Shown: positions 18,268-26,990, counted from the stretch's first letter. The stretch: 33,010 nt of DNA from an uncultured Alphaproteobacteria bacterium (GCA_934538895.1 CAKTCH010000001.1:1-33010); one strand, 5' to 3'. Made by a program: numbers and translations. The notes: generated by a model from the sequence alone, not told the origin.

Positions 18268-19341
18268 ATGCTCGGGAACATAGCGCAAAAAACACATGGT
18301 TTCAGACGCACGGCGATGGTTTTATCGTTGCTGTCGGTTTGCGCGCTGTGGTCGCTTACCGCCGCGGCAGCGCAAAAGGACGACGAGGAAACGCTGCGCC
18401 CGCCGCCAAAACCGGCCAAGGCTATGCAGTCGCCGGGTGTGGCGAAGCCCGATAAAATCTTCTATAGCGGCACCCATGTCGGCAAGATGCTGACCCATGT
18501 GGCAAAATATGAAGACACGCTGGTGGATCTTGCGCGCCAATATGATGTCGGTTTCGTCGAACTGCGCGCGGCCAATCCCGATGTCGATCCGTGGATGCCG
18601 GGCGCGGGTACCAAGATCAATGTTCCGGCGATGCATATCCTGCCGGCGGGGCCGCGCGAGGGTATTGTCGTGAACCTGCCGGAGATGCGCATTTACGCTT
18701 ATATCAAACCGGGGCAGCCGCCTTTCTCGGCGCCGCTCGGGATCGGTCGCGAGGGGCTGGAAACGCCGATCGGCACCACATCCGTCGTGAACAAGCGTGA
18801 AAAGCCGGTATGGCGTCCGACTGCGCGGATGCGCAAGGAAGATCCGAGCCTGCCGGAAGTCGTGCCGGCGGGGCCTGATAATCCGCTGGGCGATCACGCT
18901 CTTTATCTGGGCTGGCCTGAATACCGTATTCATGGCACCAACAAGCCTTACGGCGTCGGGCGCCGCGCCAGCAGCGGCTGCATCCGCATGTATCCGGAAG
19001 ATATCGCCAAACTTTATCCGCAGATCGCCGTAGGCACGGCGGTCACTGTCGTCGATCAGCCGGTCAAGGTGGCGTGGATCGACGACCGCCTTTATGTCGA
19101 GGCGCATTCGTCGCTGGCGCAAGCGAACAAGATCGAGAACGAGGGCGGTTTGCCGCACTATGAAATGACGGACGAAGACATGGCCGCCATCGTGCGCGCC
19201 GCCGGTGAATATGCGCCGTTCGTCGATTGGGGCACGGTGCGCAAGGTCATTCGCGAACGCCCCGGTTATCCGGTTGTGGTCGCGCACAAGCCCGCGGCAG
19301 CGGCAGTCAGCGGCAAGTCCGGCGGTTCCGATAGGTCCTAG
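18268..19341 (+). CDS. L,D-transpeptidase (YkuD domain) with LysM-like N-terminal segment
   Basis: The catalytic motif is HGTNKPYGVGRRASSGCIRM. A LysM-like stretch (DTLVDLARQYDVGFVELRAANP) and a signal-like segment (MVLSLLSVCALWSLTAAAAQ) are present. The true start may be the ATG for that second M (18316). Confidence 0.85.
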   Translation: MLGNIAQKTHGFRRTAMVLSLLSVCALWSLTAAAAQKDDEETLRPPPKPAKAMQSPGVAKPDKIFYSGTHVGKMLTHVAKYEDTLVDLARQYDVGFVELRAANPDVDPWMPGAGTKINVPAMHILPAGPREGIVVNLPEMRIYAYIKPGQPPFSAPLGIGREGLETPIGTTSVVNKREKPVWRPTARMRKEDPSLPEVVPAGPDNPLGDHALYLGWPEYRIHGTNKPYGVGRRASSGCIRMYPEDIAKLYPQIAVGTAVTVVDQPVKVAWIDDRLYVEAHSSLAQANKIENEGGLPHYEMTDEDMAAIVRAAGEYAPFVDWGTVRKVIRERPGYPVVVAHKPAAAAVSGKSGGSDRS

Positions 19342-19646
19342 GCGTAGAAGAAATGGAAATACGCGATAATACCGATCGTGTAGAGCGCCGGCACGTATAT
19401 CGGCGCCAGCAGCAGCCAGGGCCTTACGTCTCTTGAAGCGAAGAAATAGCCGATACTGAATAACGCCGCCACCGGCCATACGAATGGGCCGATGCGGAAG
19501 AACATCATATGCGCCGTCTCCGCGTATTCGTCGGTGTTCGGCATGACGCCGAATTTCGTGGCCAGCACGTATACGGTCGATACCGTGAAAAAGCCGGCGG
19601 CATTCACGATCAGGAACAGGGTGATTTTGACGATGTTCAGTATCAT
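19338..19646 (-). CDS. Small integral membrane protein (102 aa)
   Basis: Three hydrophobic helices (MILNIVKITLFLIVNAAGFFTVSTVYVL...). ATG 19646 is preferred because the longer track ORF would run through the upstream terminator hairpin and the neighbouring lipoprotein gene. Confidence 0.6.
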   Translation of the reverse strand: MILNIVKITLFLIVNAAGFFTVSTVYVLATKFGVMPNTDEYAETAHMMFFRIGPFVWPVAALFSIGYFFASRDVRPWLLLAPIYVPALYTIGIIAYFHFFYA

Positions 19647-19672
19647 GCCGTTCAGTGTACTACAAAATGCGT

Positions 19673-19710
19673 AAAAGAAAACTGCCCGGCTGATATCGGC
19701 CGGGCAGTTT
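19673..19710 (-). terminator. Rho-independent terminator downstream of the small lipoprotein gene
   Basis: A 12-bp perfect stem (AAACTGCCCGGC / GCCGGGCAGTTT) with an 8-nt loop. On the minus strand it is followed by TTTCTTTT. Confidence 0.7.
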
Positions 19711-19737
19711 CTTGTAATGAGGCCGTCAGGCCTGAAA

Positions 19738-19920
19738 TTACTTGCGAACGCGTTGTTCGAAAACGCGCGGCTCCTGGCGGACTTCTTTTGCACCTACTGT
19801 GCGGCTCTCTGTGTAAGGAGCAGCTGTTTCGTAGGAGTAGTCAGCGTTACGCTCGTTGCTTGCACAAGCAGACAGAGCCAGAGCTGTGCCCAGCAGGCAT
19901 ACAGACAGAACTTTTTTCAT
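19738..19920 (-). CDS. Small lipoprotein (60 aa)
   Basis: Signal peptide plus lipobox (MKKVLSVCLLGTALALSAC). A good GAGGAA Shine-Dalgarno lies 8 nt upstream of the ATG, and a terminator follows. Confidence 0.7.
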   Translation of the reverse strand: MKKVLSVCLLGTALALSACASNERNADYSYETAAPYTESRTVGAKEVRQEPRVFEQRVRK

Positions 19921-20092
19921 GGTCGTATTTCCTCAAAATTAGCGCTAGAGGGTTAATAACAAAAGTGATTCGCTTTCATCTGATCGCGAAGCACAGACAT
20001 ATATACACGAGTTGTGGCGAGAATAAAGTCACAATTTGAATATTTCGTGTATTAATCAAAGGCTTGTGAGGTGATTATTCATAATAGATTTA

Positions 20093-21412
20093 TCAGGTGC
20101 GTTGCATTTGCGCAAGCCTGGCGAAATAATTGTCGATCCCCTTCACCAGCGTCTTTGCCAGCGTACGACGGTATTCGGCTTTATTCAGCTGCTCGGCTTC
20201 CCGTGGATTGGACATAAAGCCCATCTCGATCAGGACCGAGGGGATGTCCGGTGCTTTCAGCACGGCGAAGCCCGCGTAACGGTGCGGATTTTCCAACATT
20301 TTGATGTTGCCGCTATCCATGTGACCGACCAGCTTATTGGCAAAAAATTTCGACTGGTTCATGGTGTCGCGCATGGTCAGGTCAACCAGAATGGTGGCGA
20401 CTTGTTCGTCGCTGGTATCGAGATCCATGCCCGCGATCAGGTCGGCGCGGTTTTCGCGGTCGGCCAGCAGCGCAGTCTGCTCGTCCGACGCCTTGTCGGA
20501 GAGGGTGTAGATCGAAGCGCCCCGCACATTCGATTTACCGATCGAGTCGGCGTGCAGCGAAATGAACAGGTCGGCATGATTCATGCGCGCGAACTCCACG
20601 CGCTTGAAAAGCTTCAGATAGGTATCGCGTTCACGGGTCAGCAATACGCGGTAACGGCCCGTGGCCTCCAGTTCCTGTTTCAGCGCCTTGGCCATGTTGA
20701 GCGTGATCTGCTTTTCATAGACGCCATTCGCGCCCAGCGCGCCGGGGTCGACGCCGCCATGGCCGGGATCGATGACGATCAGGGGTTTCCTGCCGCTCAC
20801 CGGCGCTTTTAAAGGTGTGTCAGGTACAGGTTTCCGGGGGGGCACGATCGCGGCGGTTTCCGCAACGGCCTGTTTGACTGCCTGCGGTTCGGGCAGCGCT
20901 ACGGCCACGGTATTGCGTTCCGGGGCGGCGTTTGCGGCGCTATTGCCGGGGACCTGCAGCTTGCCGAAAATCCGGCCACCGGTGCTGGCGAAGGTTTCGG
21001 CGCTGGTGCGCTGGAAGTCTATGACCAGCCGGTCGGGCCTGTTGTTGGCGGCATCGCGCGGCAGGATAAAGGCGCCGTTGATTTTGACCGGGTGCTGGAA
21101 GTCGATGACGATGCGGCTGATGCCCGGCTGCAAGGCGCCCTGGCGGATGGATTTGACGGTGGCGCCCTCCGCTCCGCCGACGTCGCCGACGCGCCAGTCA
21201 AAGGACGGCATATCGATGACTATGCGCCATGGGTCCTGCATGGCATAGGCGCGAAAGGGTTTTGCCTCGCTCAGATCGACGACCATGCGCACCTTGTCGG
21301 GGTGCGCGCCGAAGCGGACGTCATTGACGGAAAAAGCCCACGCCTGTCCGGTCCAGAGTCCCACAAGGGTGAGGACGGCAACAAAAATTATTATTCTGAA
21401 AAATGAATGCAA
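20093..21412 (-). CDS. amiC: N-acetylmuramoyl-L-alanine amidase (AmiC-like, AMIN + Amidase_3)
   Basis: It has a signal peptide, an AMIN-like N-terminal domain (RMVVDLSE...WRIVIDM), a linker, and an Amidase_3 core (VIDPGHGGVDPGA...SLHADS...VLIEMGFMSN). Confidence 0.9.
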   Translation of the reverse strand: MHSFFRIIIFVAVLTLVGLWTGQAWAFSVNDVRFGAHPDKVRMVVDLSEAKPFRAYAMQDPWRIVIDMPSFDWRVGDVGGAEGATVKSIRQGALQPGISRIVIDFQHPVKINGAFILPRDAANNRPDRLVIDFQRTSAETFASTGGRIFGKLQVPGNSAANAAPERNTVAVALPEPQAVKQAVAETAAIVPPRKPVPDTPLKAPVSGRKPLIVIDPGHGGVDPGALGANGVYEKQITLNMAKALKQELEATGRYRVLLTRERDTYLKLFKRVEFARMNHADLFISLHADSIGKSNVRGASIYTLSDKASDEQTALLADRENRADLIAGMDLDTSDEQVATILVDLTMRDTMNQSKFFANKLVGHMDSGNIKMLENPHRYAGFAVLKAPDIPSVLIEMGFMSNPREAEQLNKAEYRRTLAKTLVKGIDNYFARLAQMQRT

Positions 21413-21599
21413 GCAGCGAACCCGTGTACTTCGTCTTTTTATGAAACCCTATACTTATTAAAGGAGATCGGGCCGCGGCTTGCAAGGGGGAAAAGGTATA
21501 AAAGCCCGGATTCCTGCGGGTTATTTCCAGGGGGATTTGAGGGTAAGCCGTTCTTTTTTCATTGTGCGGGGGGGTATATATATGTATTGTCACGTTCAG

Positions 21600-21874
21600 C
21601 GACCCGTTGAAGCTTTAGCATAGTTAATATCGAAAGAGTTTCGCTAGCAGCAACGGTGACGAGGTACCTGTTTCGGCTTTGACAACAGGACCGGGAGTAG
21701 CTGGTTTAGACCGCAGTTTTTTAACCGTTGCGATGAACTTCTCCCTTTTTTAGTGAATTCCAAAGCCGGGCTACAGGGCCTTCCTTTCTTTTAAAAGCGC
21801 GCGCTTTGCGCCGCACTTCCGTATGTCGCTGACGGATTGACGGCTGCATTGCGCCTATCTGTCAGGAGATAACC
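21600..21874 (+). promoter_or_regulatory. Probable long structured 5' leader of rne
   Basis: The amiC-rne divergent gap is 462 bp. A TTGTGC-N17-TATTGT promoter-like element lies at 21562-21590. Several hairpin-capable segments follow (e.g. CCTGTT...AACAGG near 21667-21690) before the GGAGA SD. Long autoregulatory rne leaders are well established in enterobacteria, and extending that to this taxon is inference. Confidence 0.35.
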
Positions 21875-24727
21875 ATGACAAAACGTATGCTTATTGACGC
21901 CACACATGCCGAAGAAACGCGTGTGGCGGTCGTTGACGGCAACCGCCTTAACGATTTCGATTACGAAAGCAAAATGCGCCGCCAGCTGAAAGGCAGCATC
22001 TATCTCGCCAAAGTCACCCGGGTCGAGCCCTCGCTACAGGCGGCTTTCGTGAATTTCGGCGGCAACCGCCACGGCTTCCTGCCTTTCTCCGAAATCCATC
22101 CCGATTATTTCCGCATTCCCATTTCCGACCGCGAGGCCCTGCTGGCCGAGCAGCGTGAGGAAATGGAAGCGCGCCGCCGTGCAGAGGAAGAGGAAGACCG
22201 CGAGGAAGAGGGCGCGCACGAAGAAGAGGACGACGCCGAAGACGCTGTCGAGGAAGTGGGCGGTGAAAACCGCGTGGTTTCCGAAGCGGAAGATACCGGC
22301 GAAGATCATCTGGATGCCCTGCCGGACGATGAAGAGGAAGAACCGTTGCTGCCCGTCGCGCTGGCCGGGGAACCGGAAGAGGAAGAGGCGGAGGGCGCCA
22401 TTGAAGAAGATGGCGACGAAGATGAAGAGGACGAGGATGACGACGATCAGCCCGATGCCTCCTTTGATGACGAAGGCAGTGACGAGGACGATGAATCCGA
22501 AGAAGACGAACCGGATGCTGAAGAATCTGAGGAAGGCGACGATATCGGCAATCATATCCCGGACGACGAGGAAGATATCGACGACAATATCGGCAATTTG
22601 AAATCCGGCGAAGACGCCAACGTCATCCCCGGCGAAGGGCCGCGCGAAGGCCGTGGCCGTGGCGGGCGCGGTGGCCGGGGCCGCGAAGGGCGTGGCCGTG
22701 AGCGTTTCCGTGGCCGTAATGGCCGGGGGCGCCGCATGGCGGCCAGTTCCCGCCGTGTGGAAATGGTGGGGGGCGATACCGAAGGCGAACATCCCATGCG
22801 TCCTTCCCTGCGCCGCAACTACAAGATTCAGGAGGTCGTCAAACGCGGCCAGATCATGCTGATCCAGGTCAGCAAGGAGGAACGAGGCAACAAAGGCGCG
22901 GCGGTTACGACATATCTGTCGCTGCCGGGCCGTTACTGCGTGCTGATGCCGAACTCCCCGCGCGGCGGCGGCGTCAGCCGCAAGATCGCGAGCTTCGAGG
23001 AGCGCAAGCGGATGCGCGACCTTCTCTCCGATCTCGAGATTCCGGACGGCATGTCCGTCATTATGCGCACCGCCGGGGTGCAGCGTAACAAAGTTGAGAT
23101 CAAGCGCGATCTCGATTACCTGCTGAAGCTCTGGGACGGTATCCGCGATCTGACGCTGCAATCGGTGGCGCCCGCGCAGATCCATGAGGAAGGCACGCTG
23201 ATCCGCCGCGCCATTCGCGATCTTTATGCCCGCGAGATCGAGGAGATCGTCGTCGCCGGGGATGAAGGTTTCAAGATGGCCAAGGATTTCATGAAGATCC
23301 TGATGCCCTCGCATATCCGGCGTGTGAAGCAGTATAAGGACGAAACCATTCCGCTGTTCCACCGCTATCAGGTCGAGAGCCAGATCGCGGCGATGGGCGA
23401 GCCGACCGTGACGCTGAGATCCGGTGGGTACCTCGTCATCAACCCGACGGAGGCGCTGGTATCTATCGACGTCAACTCCGGCAAGGCGACCAAAGAGCGC
23501 CATATCGAGGAGACGGCGCTCAAGACCAATCTTGAAGCCGCTGAAGAAGTGGCCCGCCAGTTGCGTCTGCGCGATCTGGGCGGTCTGGTGGTGATCGACT
23601 TCATCGATATGGAGGACCGCCGCAACAACGCGAAGGTCGAGCGCAGATTGAAAGAAGCGCTGTCGAACGACCGCGCCCGCATTCAGGTGGGCCGCATTTC
23701 GATGTTTGGGCTGATGGAGCTTTCGCGCCAGCGGCTGAACCCGTCGCTGACCGAGGCGCAATTCCAGAAATGCGCGCATTGCGAGGGTATCGGTTATGTC
23801 CGCACCGTCGATTCCGCCGCCATTACCGCCTTGCGCGCGCTTGAGGAAGAGGGCATTCGCGGTCGCTCGGTCGAGGTGGTCCTGCACCTTTCCAACGAAG
23901 TGGCGATTTACATCCTGAACCACAAGCGTGACATGCTGGACGATATCGAGCGCCGTTATGGCTTCCGTATCATGATCCGCATCGACGAAGCGCTGGCGCC
24001 GGACAATCACAAGATCGACCTCGTGCGCGGCACGCCCGTGATGGCGGCGCCCGTGGCGGGCGTTTCCGCCGACGGTATCGCAACGGACACATCGTCAGAC
24101 GACGATGGAGCCGACGATGAGTTCGCCGGGGAAGAGGATGCCGCCGATGACAGCATCCGTGAAAGCCGTGACGGCGAAGGCAACGGCGAGCGCCGCCGCC
24201 GTGGCCGCCGTGGTGGCCGCAATCGCCGTGGCCGTGGCCGCGACCGTGAGGACAGGCCGCATGAAGGCGAAGCCGCCGCCGAGGGTTCGGAGGGCGGTTT
24301 CGGCGAGAATTTCGATGAAGGCGGTTATGCCGAATCCGGCGAGGCTGCCGGAGGCGAGGAAAATCGCGAGGGCGGGCGCGAAGGCGGCAGAAGCCGTCGC
24401 GGCGGGCGTGGCAATGGCAGGGGTGGCCGTTATGGCCGCGGACGCGACCGCCATCGCGGCGACCATGCTCCGCGTGAGGGTGGCGATACCCAGCCGCGCG
24501 AAGATGGTGTGGCGCAACCCTCATCCGAAGCGATTGCGAACGACAGCTATCAGCCGCAGCCGGAAGCCGCGCGCACGGAGCGTAACGAGGTGAAAATCGT
24601 TCGTCATGGCGCCCGCGCCAGCACGGCAGAGACTCCGGCGGCACCGCCAGCGCCCAAGGATTACGAAGTCGTGAACGCTGAACCAGCCGAAAAGAAAAAA
24701 GGCTGGTGGAACCGTCTGGTTGAGTAA
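21875..24727 (+). CDS. rne: Ribonuclease E
   Basis: The S1 N-terminus is MLIDATHAEETRVAVVDGNRL...GSIYLAKVTRVEPSLQAAFVNFG. The catalytic core includes EERGNKGAAVTTYLSLPGRYCVLMPN, VSIDVNSGKAT and LRLRDLGGLVVIDFIDM, plus the Zn-link CAHCEGIG. A roughly 230-aa acidic/RGG insertion sits in S1, and the C-terminal tail is disordered with charge blocks. Confidence 0.95.
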   Translation: MTKRMLIDATHAEETRVAVVDGNRLNDFDYESKMRRQLKGSIYLAKVTRVEPSLQAAFVNFGGNRHGFLPFSEIHPDYFRIPISDREALLAEQREEMEARRRAEEEEDREEEGAHEEEDDAEDAVEEVGGENRVVSEAEDTGEDHLDALPDDEEEEPLLPVALAGEPEEEEAEGAIEEDGDEDEEDEDDDDQPDASFDDEGSDEDDESEEDEPDAEESEEGDDIGNHIPDDEEDIDDNIGNLKSGEDANVIPGEGPREGRGRGGRGGRGREGRGRERFRGRNGRGRRMAASSRRVEMVGGDTEGEHPMRPSLRRNYKIQEVVKRGQIMLIQVSKEERGNKGAAVTTYLSLPGRYCVLMPNSPRGGGVSRKIASFEERKRMRDLLSDLEIPDGMSVIMRTAGVQRNKVEIKRDLDYLLKLWDGIRDLTLQSVAPAQIHEEGTLIRRAIRDLYAREIEEIVVAGDEGFKMAKDFMKILMPSHIRRVKQYKDETIPLFHRYQVESQIAAMGEPTVTLRSGGYLVINPTEALVSIDVNSGKATKERHIEETALKTNLEAAEEVARQLRLRDLGGLVVIDFIDMEDRRNNAKVERRLKEALSNDRARIQVGRISMFGLMELSRQRLNPSLTEAQFQKCAHCEGIGYVRTVDSAAITALRALEEEGIRGRSVEVVLHLSNEVAIYILNHKRDMLDDIERRYGFRIMIRIDEALAPDNHKIDLVRGTPVMAAPVAGVSADGIATDTSSDDDGADDEFAGEEDAADDSIRESRDGEGNGERRRRGRRGGRNRRGRGRDREDRPHEGEAAAEGSEGGFGENFDEGGYAESGEAAGGEENREGGREGGRSRRGGRGNGRGGRYGRGRDRHRGDHAPREGGDTQPREDGVAQPSSEAIANDSYQPQPEAARTERNEVKIVRHGARASTAETPAAPPAPKDYEVVNAEPAEKKKGWWNRLVE

Positions 24728-24751
24728 CGGTGCCAGTCTACATTCCTTTCT

Positions 24752-24780
24752 AAAGAGCGCCCGCAAGGCGCTCTTTTTTA
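24752..24780 (+). terminator. Rho-independent terminator of rne
   Basis: The sequence is AAGAGCGCC-cgcaa-GGCGCTCTT followed by TTTT, 25 nt after the rne stop. Confidence 0.75.
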
Positions 24781-24954
24781 ATGCGCGCCTTGCTGAAATA
24801 GATCGAATTTTATCGATTATTTATAGGCTCTTCATACAGTTTCCGTAAAATAAGAAATAGATGTGATTTCATCCGTCTCCGAGTTGCCGGGCTTGCAGCC
24901 CCGCAATTGTCCTTGGCCCGTAGCAGCGTTGACGGGATGGATGGATTGTCCCCC

Positions 24955-24990
24955 TTAGCCATCGGCCTTCGTGCCGATGGCTAATTTTTT
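24955..24990 (+). terminator. Strong orphan rho-independent terminator (possible sRNA 3' end or leader attenuator)
   Basis: A 12-bp perfect stem (TTAGCCATCGGC-cttcgt-GCCGATGGCTAA) followed by T6. It lies 175 nt after the rne terminator and 89 nt before the next start codon. The T-tract is on the + strand only. Confidence 0.7.
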
Positions 24991-25078
24991 CGTTTCGTTT
25001 TTTCCGTCGTGCGGGCTGGCTTTCATTCGGGGGCGTTTTGTGCGTAAATACGTACGATAACGAGGAGATCGAACCATC

Positions 25079-25708
25079 ATGCTGCGTATTTCGTTTTTGG
25101 CTACAGCCCTGATCCTGATGACGTCCGCCGCTGCTTCGGCGCAGACGGCGGCGCCCGCGCCCGCGGCGGATAAGCCGTTGCCGCCCAAAAGCGCGCAGGC
25201 GGTCAAACTGGAGAAAAAAGCCGCCGAGATCGCGGAGACGTTTTCCCCGGTCGAGAAGGAGAATCTGGGCGTTATCAGCGACGGCTTCGGCATCCTGCAC
25301 GCGGTGCAGATGACCAATAAAAGCGTTTCGACCACGATCGATCTTTGCGGCAAGAACAATCCCGAGATGAAAGCCGACATGGATGCGGCTTACAAGGCGT
25401 GGCATGACGATATCCGCACGCAGTTGCAGGCGCGCGAGACGGACATGAAGAACGCTATCAATGATGGCCGGTTCAGCAAGCCCAAGGATGTAACCGCTTT
25501 CCTTGACCTGCTCGATCAGCTTGCCAGGCATAATTACGACCGCATGGAGAAAAGGCCGCTGACCACGCCGTCCGCGTGCGCGCGCCTCGTGAAAACCATG
25601 GATCGGACGGGCGAGAAGCTGACGCAGACGCTGCACGAATTGAAATTCCCTTATGCCGTTCCCAAAAACAAACCCGATAACAAAGCGCCCGCCGGTGGCC
25701 ATAATTGA
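25079..25708 (+). CDS. Hypothetical secreted/periplasmic protein (209 aa)
   Basis: It has a GAGGAG SD and a signal peptide (MLRISFLATALILMTSAAASA/Q). Its stop overlaps the TTG start of the downstream glycosyltransferase (TTGA). Confidence 0.7.
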   Translation: MLRISFLATALILMTSAAASAQTAAPAPAADKPLPPKSAQAVKLEKKAAEIAETFSPVEKENLGVISDGFGILHAVQMTNKSVSTTIDLCGKNNPEMKADMDAAYKAWHDDIRTQLQARETDMKNAINDGRFSKPKDVTAFLDLLDQLARHNYDRMEKRPLTTPSACARLVKTMDRTGEKLTQTLHELKFPYAVPKNKPDNKAPAGGHN

Positions 25709-26775
25709 GAATCCTTCAGGTAATGGCCGGCGCCGCACATGGCGGCGCTGAGACGGCTTTTATCGATATGTGCATCGCCCTGCACGAGGCGGGCGAGGAT
25801 ATCGAAGTCGTGACGCGGAAGAACCCGGCGCGGCAGGCGCGCCTCGAGGCGGCGGGGATCAAGACCCACACATTGCCTTTCGGCAGCGCAGTCGATATCT
25901 ATACGTCATGGCGGATGCGCAAGATCATTCGCGAATTCCAGCCGCATATCGTTCAGACTTGGATGTCGCGCGCGGCGCAGCGCACGCCGAAATGGGCGGC
26001 GTCCGAGGGCATCCCGCGTTATCTGGTGGTGTCGCGCCTGGGCGGGTATTACAAGGCTTCGCATTTCGCCGCCACAGACTATTATTCGACCATCACGCCG
26101 GATATCCGCCGTCATCTGATCGAAGCGGGTATCCCCGCGGTGAAAATCCGCCATATCAACAATTTTGCCGAACTGGAAGCCGACGGCGTTCCGGTGAGCC
26201 GGGCCGCCCTCGATACGCCCGGCGATGCGCCGTTGCTGCTGGCGCTGGGGCGCCTGCACAGGGCCAAGGCGATGGATGTGCTCATGGAGGCGGTGAAGCT
26301 GGTGCCCGGCGCGTATCTCTGGATCGCGGGCGAGGGGCCGGACCGTGCGCTGCTGGAGGAATATTGCCGCAAGATCGGCATGGATGCGCGCGTGCGGTTT
26401 CTCGGCTGGCGCGATGACCGCGCGGCCTTGTTCGCCACGGCGAATATCTGTGTATTTCCTTCCCGTTACGAGCCCTTCGGCACGGTGTTCGTGCAGGCCT
26501 GGGCGCAGAAAGTGCCGCTGGTGACGACAGCGTCCGACGGGCCGCGCCAGTATGTGCGCGACGGGGAGGACGGGCTGATCGTGCCGATCGACGACGCAGC
26601 GGCACTGGGGGCGGCGATACAGCGGGTGATCGACGATCCGGCCTTGCGCGAACGGCTGACGGTTAACGGGTTCGGTCGTTATCAGAACGAGTTTACTAAA
26701 AGTAAAACGGTATCTCAATACCTTGATTATTATCACGAAATCCTGAAACGCGAGAATCTGACGGTCGCGGCCTGA
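25705..26775 (+). CDS. Glycosyltransferase family 4 (GT-B, RfaG-like)
   Basis: The N-terminus MRILQVMAGAAHGGAE is typical of GT4, which supports the TTG start. The C-terminal E-x7-E region is PSRYEPFGTVFVQAWAQKVPLVTT. Confidence 0.85.
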   Translation: MRILQVMAGAAHGGAETAFIDMCIALHEAGEDIEVVTRKNPARQARLEAAGIKTHTLPFGSAVDIYTSWRMRKIIREFQPHIVQTWMSRAAQRTPKWAASEGIPRYLVVSRLGGYYKASHFAATDYYSTITPDIRRHLIEAGIPAVKIRHINNFAELEADGVPVSRAALDTPGDAPLLLALGRLHRAKAMDVLMEAVKLVPGAYLWIAGEGPDRALLEEYCRKIGMDARVRFLGWRDDRAALFATANICVFPSRYEPFGTVFVQAWAQKVPLVTTASDGPRQYVRDGEDGLIVPIDDAAALGAAIQRVIDDPALRERLTVNGFGRYQNEFTKSKTVSQYLDYYHEILKRENLTVAA

Positions 26776-26990
26776 CGCGGAAGCGGGCTATTGCAAATCA
26801 TTCTCATCTATGTGATTATCGGCTTCATCAGTCAAAAAATTGAAAAATCCCAAATGCCGGGCAAACGGGGCGGCTTTCATTGCCGCCATCTCTGAAGGAT
26901 CGGGGGGTGTGTGTTTTTCTTTTTTTTGGCGGCGTGATGTGCCATAATGCATAAATATTATGAAGTACGAAAAAACGTACAGGTGTGATC

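Noticed and set aside
22620-22760. Repetitive GGCCGTGGCCGTGGC-type DNA in rne (and again at about 24180-24250, 24400-24450), considered as tandem repeat or CRISPR-like
   Set aside because: These are in-frame RGG/RGR codon repeats within the RNase E ORF. There is no repeat-spacer periodicity, and they are coding low complexity.
22034-24010. 658-codon ORF antisense to rne. Similar long antisense ORFs occur at 16999-18297 (icd), 18322-19479 (ldt), 14570-15595 (yfgM-like), 12645-13496 (der), 3339-4244 (heparinase-like), 6053-6760 (radA), 8487-9230 (purF), 24869-25738 and 25906-26736.
   Set aside because: The opposite strand carries strong family motifs in each case. The antisense translations are R/A/G/P/H-rich low-complexity strings typical of open antisense frames in GC-rich coding DNA. 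No independent start or RBS evidence.
26902-26927. G6, (TG)4 and T5CT8 tracts as a phase-variation switch for orfX
   Set aside because: The tracts are short compared with known contingency loci, and a single sequence gives no evidence of length variation. They are mentioned only as a minor point under the Fur-box finding.
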